From IMG/VR virus record IMGVR_UViG_3300037400_005024, positions 64,001 to 128,000 of that record: DNA of 64,000 bases. One strand, 5' to 3'. Positions 59,158-64,000 of the stretch are shown one piece after another. This DNA is from a virus (Duplodnaviria > Caudoviricetes). The notes under the pieces are model-generated. The model was not told where the DNA came from, made no database searches, and saw nothing but the letters and a program-made list of their open reading frames with translations. A program made the position numbers and the translations under genes. Every line of letters begins with the position of its first letter. Positions within the stretch are counted from its first letter, which is position 1.

Positions 59158-59313
59158 TTTGAAATACCTCTTTTGTGTTTATTTTATATTAGAAACGTTT
59201 AATTTTTTAAATGACCATAATTTTTTTAAAAATTTATTTTATAAATAAAATAAAAATCAATATTTTATTTTTTAATAATTATATTATAAACAAAACAAAA
59301 AGGACATACTACC

Positions 59314-60632
59314 TTGAAAAAGAAAATTTCTGAGAAAAATATCAAAGGATTAGTGTTAACACTAAAGCCTGATAATGCTCAGAAATTGCTTTTAGATAAA
59401 CATTTGAATGATACCAGATTCATTTATAATCAATATGTCGAAGAATATTTAAAAGCTATTAAAGAAGATAGACTTCCAGATTATAAAAATTATCAGGACC
59501 TACGTGCTGAACACGAATTTCTTAAAGGTTCTTATTCATGGACTCTTCATTGTGTTTTATATAAATTTAAACAGACTAATAAAATAAATAGATCTAAAAG
59601 ATCAAAAGGTCAAAAAGTCAAAAAGTAGGTCTAATTAAATTTAGATCTAAAAAGTCTCATTCAGATTATTTTTATACCAATAATGTAAAACTTTCATATG
59701 ATATTGCCTCTAAGTCAAATTCATATGTTTATATTCCAAAAATAGGTAATGTTAAATTCTTATGTAAAAATATTAAATCTGAATTTTTAAATGGTAAAAT
59801 TAAAACTTGTACTGTTAAAAGATCTAAGACTGGAGTTTACAAGATTTCGTTACTTGTCGAGATCGACAAAGTTTACGAAGAACGTAAAGATAATAAACAT
59901 ATTGGATTAGATTTCTCTTTAAGAGATTTCTTCGTTGACAGTTTTGGTGCGAAAGCACCAGAGTTCTCAACAAAGAGATCTAAGTTAGAATCACTTCAAA
60001 AGAAAATTGATTCTTTAAATACTCTTATTTCGAAGATGAGAAACAAGTCTGAGAAAAAGCGTAAGGTCTCTGTTAAAGCTCATCGCATAGCGATGAAACG
60101 TAACAAACTCTACGAAAGAGTTCATAATGTTCAAGTTGATTATATAAACAAGTTATCAAGAGATTTGTGTAAACACAATGAATTGATAGTACTTGAAAAT
60201 TTGAATCTTCAAGAAATGTCTGAAAGAACTTCTTATAACGATCCAGAAACTTCCACCAAAGGTGGTAATCATGGAAAATCTGTAAGTTTGTTACAATGGA
60301 GTTATTTTCTCAAAAAGTTAGAAGAGAACTCTGAAAAATTTGGAAATGTCATTGTCCTCGCGGACAAATTCTTTCCAAGTTCACAGATTTGTTCTAAGTG
60401 TAGAGAAAGACACCCAGAAATGAAAGATGTTACCAATCGTACACTAAAGTGTAAATGCGGTAATATAATAGATAGAGATTATAACTCAGCTCTTAATCTT
60501 TTAAAATTCGGTGAGTCTGTTGTTTACAACAAATCTTACCAAACTCTTGGAAAGGAACTTTCGGAGTATAAAGCTTTTAAGTGTTTAGATTTTTCAAGAT
60601 CAAAAGCACTTAAACTGGAATTAAGTATTTAA
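59314..60632 (+). pseudogene. tnpB: TnpB RNA-guided nuclease frameshifted by an 8-bp tandem duplication
   Basis: GTCAAAAA x2 at 59609-59624; removing one copy gives a 436-aa ORF with IGLDF, VLENL, CSKC/CKCG, DRDYNSALN. Confidence 0.9.
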
Positions 60633-60695
60633 TTCTAAATAGCAGTTATTGACCTAAAGGTCAATAGCAGTTCATAAATCGAACTTACCAATTCT
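60511..60695 (+). ncRNA. Cis omega-RNA overlapping the tnpB 3-prime end; right end TCAT at 60672-60675, guide AAATCGAACTTACCAATTCT
   Basis: Right-end hairpin TATTGACCTAAAGGTCAATA; structure conserved with the 29233-29399 copy. Confidence 0.75.
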
Positions 60696-61340
60696 ATCAT
60701 AATAATCAAAAATAGCCTTGTTAATTCTACGAGTTGAATCAAGTTTTTCAAGGTAATCTTCTGAAGTTCTATCAGATGGGTTGTCAAGAGGCATTGAACC
60801 GTAGGTCGAACAATAAAATTCACCTAAAACACCTTTAAAAGTCCAACCTGTTTCATCATCAGTTAAATAGATAACTACATCAGGAAGTTCTTCTAAAATA
60901 GTTTCGCCATTTAAAGAAATTTTAGTAACTAATTTTAAAAGACTGTCAGGTGTTACAATTTTCTCATAATTCTCTTGGTAATTTTTAACAATTTCCTCAA
61001 GCTCGGCCTTTAACATCTTGTTTAACTTCTTAATAGCTTCTACTTCCCAGTAAGAAATTTCTACTGGACGTCTAACTTCAGCATTGAATGTTTTTAAAAG
61101 ACCAGATTCACGAATTACGATTCTAATGAAGCACTTGTAAACTTTATCTTTTACATCCTCAGAAACATTTGAAATATCTACGGTTTCAAAAGTTTTAGAA
61201 TTTCTAAACTGATACTTTTTAAATAAATCTTCTCTTAAATCATAAAGTCTATCATATAATGCATTTGCTACTTCTGAGAATGTAATAGGGGTACTATTAC
61301 GAGCTTTGATGATAAAATCTTTTAATTCTTTGATAGTCAT
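60672..61340 (-). CDS. Early hypothetical protein
   Basis: Early promoter 61379-61408; stop codon supplied by the IS right end. Confidence 0.75.
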   Translation of the reverse strand: MTIKELKDFIIKARNSTPITFSEVANALYDRLYDLREDLFKKYQFRNSKTFETVDISNVSEDVKDKVYKCFIRIVIRESGLLKTFNAEVRRPVEISYWEVEAIKKLNKMLKAELEEIVKNYQENYEKIVTPDSLLKLVTKISLNGETILEELPDVVIYLTDDETGWTFKGVLGEFYCSTYGSMPLDNPSDRTSEDYLEKLDSTRRINKAIFDYYDRIGKFDL

Positions 61341-61516
61341 ATACTGTTTTCCTTTATTTAATTTGTTTTTACAGTATCATTATAAACCAAAAAAATTAAA
61401 ATGTAAACTATTTTTTAAAATATTTTTGATACGTCCGTTACAAAATTTTAATTTGTGAAATTTCTGAGATTTCATCAAAAATAATATAAATAGTTAAAAT
61501 TAGAATCTAAAGCCAA

Positions 61517-61876
61517 ATGAGTGCACTGTACACTGACTTAAAAACACCAACTTATCCGTCGTATAATGTTGAGGCGATAAATAATTCTATTAGAAATATT
61601 TTAACAACTCAACAAGGCTCATTGGAAGGTATGCCAGAATTCGGTTCACGTTTGAACGAATTGGTATTTTCACAAATTGACCACATTACAATTGATTTGT
61701 TAAAAAACCTTATTCAAGAAGCGTTACAAAAATGGGAAGATAGAATAATAATTTCAAATATTAACGTTTCAAGCGTCCCTGAGTACAACAGACTTCTTGC
61801 AACAATTTCATATAGATTAAAAGATGATGTTTTAAATAACAATTATAGTCTTTCAGTGGAACTCAACCAAGGATAA
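61517..61876 (+). CDS. gp25: Baseplate wedge gp25
   Basis: AINNSIRNILTT..G...PEFGS, WEDRI; late promoter 61485-61492. Confidence 0.92.
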   Translation: MSALYTDLKTPTYPSYNVEAINNSIRNILTTQQGSLEGMPEFGSRLNELVFSQIDHITIDLLKNLIQEALQKWEDRIIISNINVSSVPEYNRLLATISYRLKDDVLNNNYSLSVELNQG

Positions 61877-61878
61877 TT

Positions 61879-64000
61879 ATGACTCAAATAATAGAAACAG
61901 TACCATTTAATTACAACGAATTAAGAACAGAGATTGAAAACAAATTCAAAGAAGCAGGTTATGATACATCTCTTGGTTCGAACGTTTCACAACTTTCAAA
62001 CATTATGGCATACGTTGCTTCAATGTTGAACGTGAATACTGCTTTGAATATCAATGAAACAATTTTACCTTATGCAACAAAACGTGAAAACGTTTTAGAA
62101 GTTGCAAGAAATTTATCATACGAAGCATCCAAAAAACGTTCATTTGTTTATGATGTTCAGATAACTTTTGATTCAGGTGATAAGTACCTTCCAAAGTATA
62201 CAGAATTTACAGCAAATGGTAAAAGTTATTACATGATAACTGATGATATTTCAATAAGTGAAAAGACAAAGCAACGTACTTATAATATCATGGTTAAAGA
62301 AGGAACCAGATATACTTATGACCAAGATCCAGATTCTTTAGTTGTAACTACAACTCAGATAACTGAAAATGGTCAAACTGTAGATCAATATTACATCGAT
62401 GTTCCGTATACAAACATTGAAGAAAATGGTGTTGAAGTTTTCGTTTCGTACTATGATGAATATGGTGTTTATCACGATAAAACTCAATTCTATAAAAATG
62501 ATTCGGTTTTTATTGAAAGTACTGATACTTTAAAAAGAAAGTTTATTAGAATTGATAATACAGAATATAAAACTCCTAGAATTTATTTCAAGTACGCTGG
62601 TTCTGGAAAAGGAATTCCATTAGGTTCTGATGTTTATATCAATTTATTAGAATCTTCAGGACGAGATGGTGCATTAGACACATCTAAGCCAGAAGATTTA
62701 AAATGCAACGTTACTGGTATTACAATTGATAAAATTACTCTGAATTCTTATGGTCAAGAAGAAGAATCAATTGAGAGTATTAAGCAGAACGCTCCAAAAA
62801 TTTATAATTCTTCAAATCGACTCATTACAGCTGATGATTATCGAGGAGCATGTAATAAAGACACAAGAGTTTTAGATTCAATCATCTGGGGTGGTGAAAC
62901 AGAATTTCCAAAATCTCCAGGTCATATTTGGTTTAGTTTCTTACCAAATATTCCAAATAAAAACTATTCTCACGATGATTTAAATCTGAAATACGTTAGA
63001 GAATATTCTGATTATGTTTATGATTATCAGTTACCAACTGATGATACTTCAAATGAAGCTGAACTTCAGAAATATACTGAATTCAATTATATTCCTCAAC
63101 AGACTATCAAGTCAAATACTAAAGACAAATCTGGAAATGTTGTAAATCCAGGAATCTGGGATAATCTTGAAGGTTATAACGTTCCATCTTTGATTTATCA
63201 TCACAGAAATCCGTTATTCTGTGAATTTGATTATACTATAGATGTTTTAAAATACACTCTTTATGATAATCAACCTCAGATTCGTCAAGACATTTTTGAT
63301 ATTATAAACAATGCTTTTACAGGTACTGAAGATACAATTCAATATCAATCATTTAATACAGAATATTTCAATGCTTCTTTAATTAAGCGTATTGATTCAA
63401 GAATCACAGATATTTCTGGCTTCAAAATGAAAGCAAATACTCATATCATTTTAAATCAGAATACTGTTTTAAATGAAAATGAAGATCAAAATTGCAGAGA
63501 TATTTACATTCCGTTATCAGTACCTTATGAAAATTACTTTGACGATAATGGTAAATTGATGTACGAGCAGTTACCATCTATTGATACTAAAAACTTCATG
63601 AGATATATAGATGGAAATGCACATTACGATGCAGATATTTACACTGATTGGAGTTTTGTTGATAAAGATGATACAAAACAGAAATTAAAACCTTTAATTA
63701 TTGCACCAATTAAATCAAGACAAAAACTTGCTAAAGAATTATCTGATGTAGATGATGCTAAAGTTTTTGAATTACCTTTCAGAATTTATCCAGATGGATT
63801 CGTTGAATTGCCTGAAGATTCTGAAGAAAAGTACAAGTATTCAGATACTAAAGTTTATATTTACAATAAAGAAGATGAACTTATCAAAGAACGTTTTGAA
63901 GTTCCATACGATGAAGAAAATGGTTGGTACATGAACCCTGAATATCCAAATCGTTTAAGACTCGGTGAAAACGTTGAAATTCCTGATGGCAAGATATTAG
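61879..64000 (+). CDS. gp6: Baseplate wedge gp6 (runs off window end; not in ORF track)
   Basis: MTQIIETVPFNY...GSNVSQL..IMAY...A.KRENV..VARNLSY; later EESIESIKQNAP, RLITADDY, WGGE. Confidence 0.9.
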   Translation, partial: MTQIIETVPFNYNELRTEIENKFKEAGYDTSLGSNVSQLSNIMAYVASMLNVNTALNINETILPYATKRENVLEVARNLSYEASKKRSFVYDVQITFDSGDKYLPKYTEFTANGKSYYMITDDISISEKTKQRTYNIMVKEGTRYTYDQDPDSLVVTTTQITENGQTVDQYYIDVPYTNIEENGVEVFVSYYDEYGVYHDKTQFYKNDSVFIESTDTLKRKFIRIDNTEYKTPRIYFKYAGSGKGIPLGSDVYINLLESSGRDGALDTSKPEDLKCNVTGITIDKITLNSYGQEEESIESIKQNAPKIYNSSNRLITADDYRGACNKDTRVLDSIIWGGETEFPKSPGHIWFSFLPNIPNKNYSHDDLNLKYVREYSDYVYDYQLPTDDTSNEAELQKYTEFNYIPQQTIKSNTKDKSGNVVNPGIWDNLEGYNVPSLIYHHRNPLFCEFDYTIDVLKYTLYDNQPQIRQDIFDIINNAFTGTEDTIQYQSFNTEYFNASLIKRIDSRITDISGFKMKANTHIILNQNTVLNENEDQNCRDIYIPLSVPYENYFDDNGKLMYEQLPSIDTKNFMRYIDGNAHYDADIYTDWSFVDKDDTKQKLKPLIIAPIKSRQKLAKELSDVDDAKVFELPFRIYPDGFVELPEDSEEKYKYSDTKVYIYNKEDELIKERFEVPYDEENGWYMNPEYPNRLRLGENVEIPDGKIL

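Noticed and set aside
59626-59628. TAG in tnpB as evidence of stop-codon recoding
   Set aside because: The continuation is in another frame and is explained by the 8-bp duplication; TAG ends other genes normally; no suppressor tRNA seen
3807-63934. Short overlapping ORFs in the track (e.g. 3807, 12720, 14615, 19422, 21249, 22910, 24677, 26651, 30493, 31896, 32324, 32331, 34702, 43675-44140, 47204, 48380, 48745, 50675, 52207, 55148, 56869, 57054, 60635, 63752)
   Set aside because: Antisense or off-frame shadows of better-supported genes, with no recognisable motifs

Overview
Very AT-rich segment of a large T4-like myovirus whose gene set resembles the Campylobacter-type T4 relatives; the host cannot be determined from the sequence. 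It contains baseplate, neck and capsid-like genes (gp48, gp53, hub, gp5, PAAR, gp13, gp23/24-like, gp25, gp6) and the late sigma gp55. Replication genes include gp44/gp62, the C-terminal half of gp43, gp61, RNase H, ligase, UvsW, topoisomerase and a UL9-like helicase. It also carries nucleotide-metabolism genes, chaperones and four tRNAs. Notable points: (1) three inteins, two of them split (gp44 fractured around a free-standing endonuclease; a topoisomerase IntN with no partner in the window); (2) a catalytically intact tnpB frameshifted by an 8-bp duplication, plus three dispersed relatives of its ends, including a complete stand-alone omega-RNA mini-element with compensatory base changes; (3) an NDP-sugar/glycosyltransferase operon that may hypermodify DNA, and a separate late tail-adhesin/GT8/radical-SAM operon; (4) three promoter classes, one an apparently non-MotA middle-type motif, and a thrice-repeated inverted pair of IHF-like sites. 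All assignments come from motif reading by eye, not database searches.
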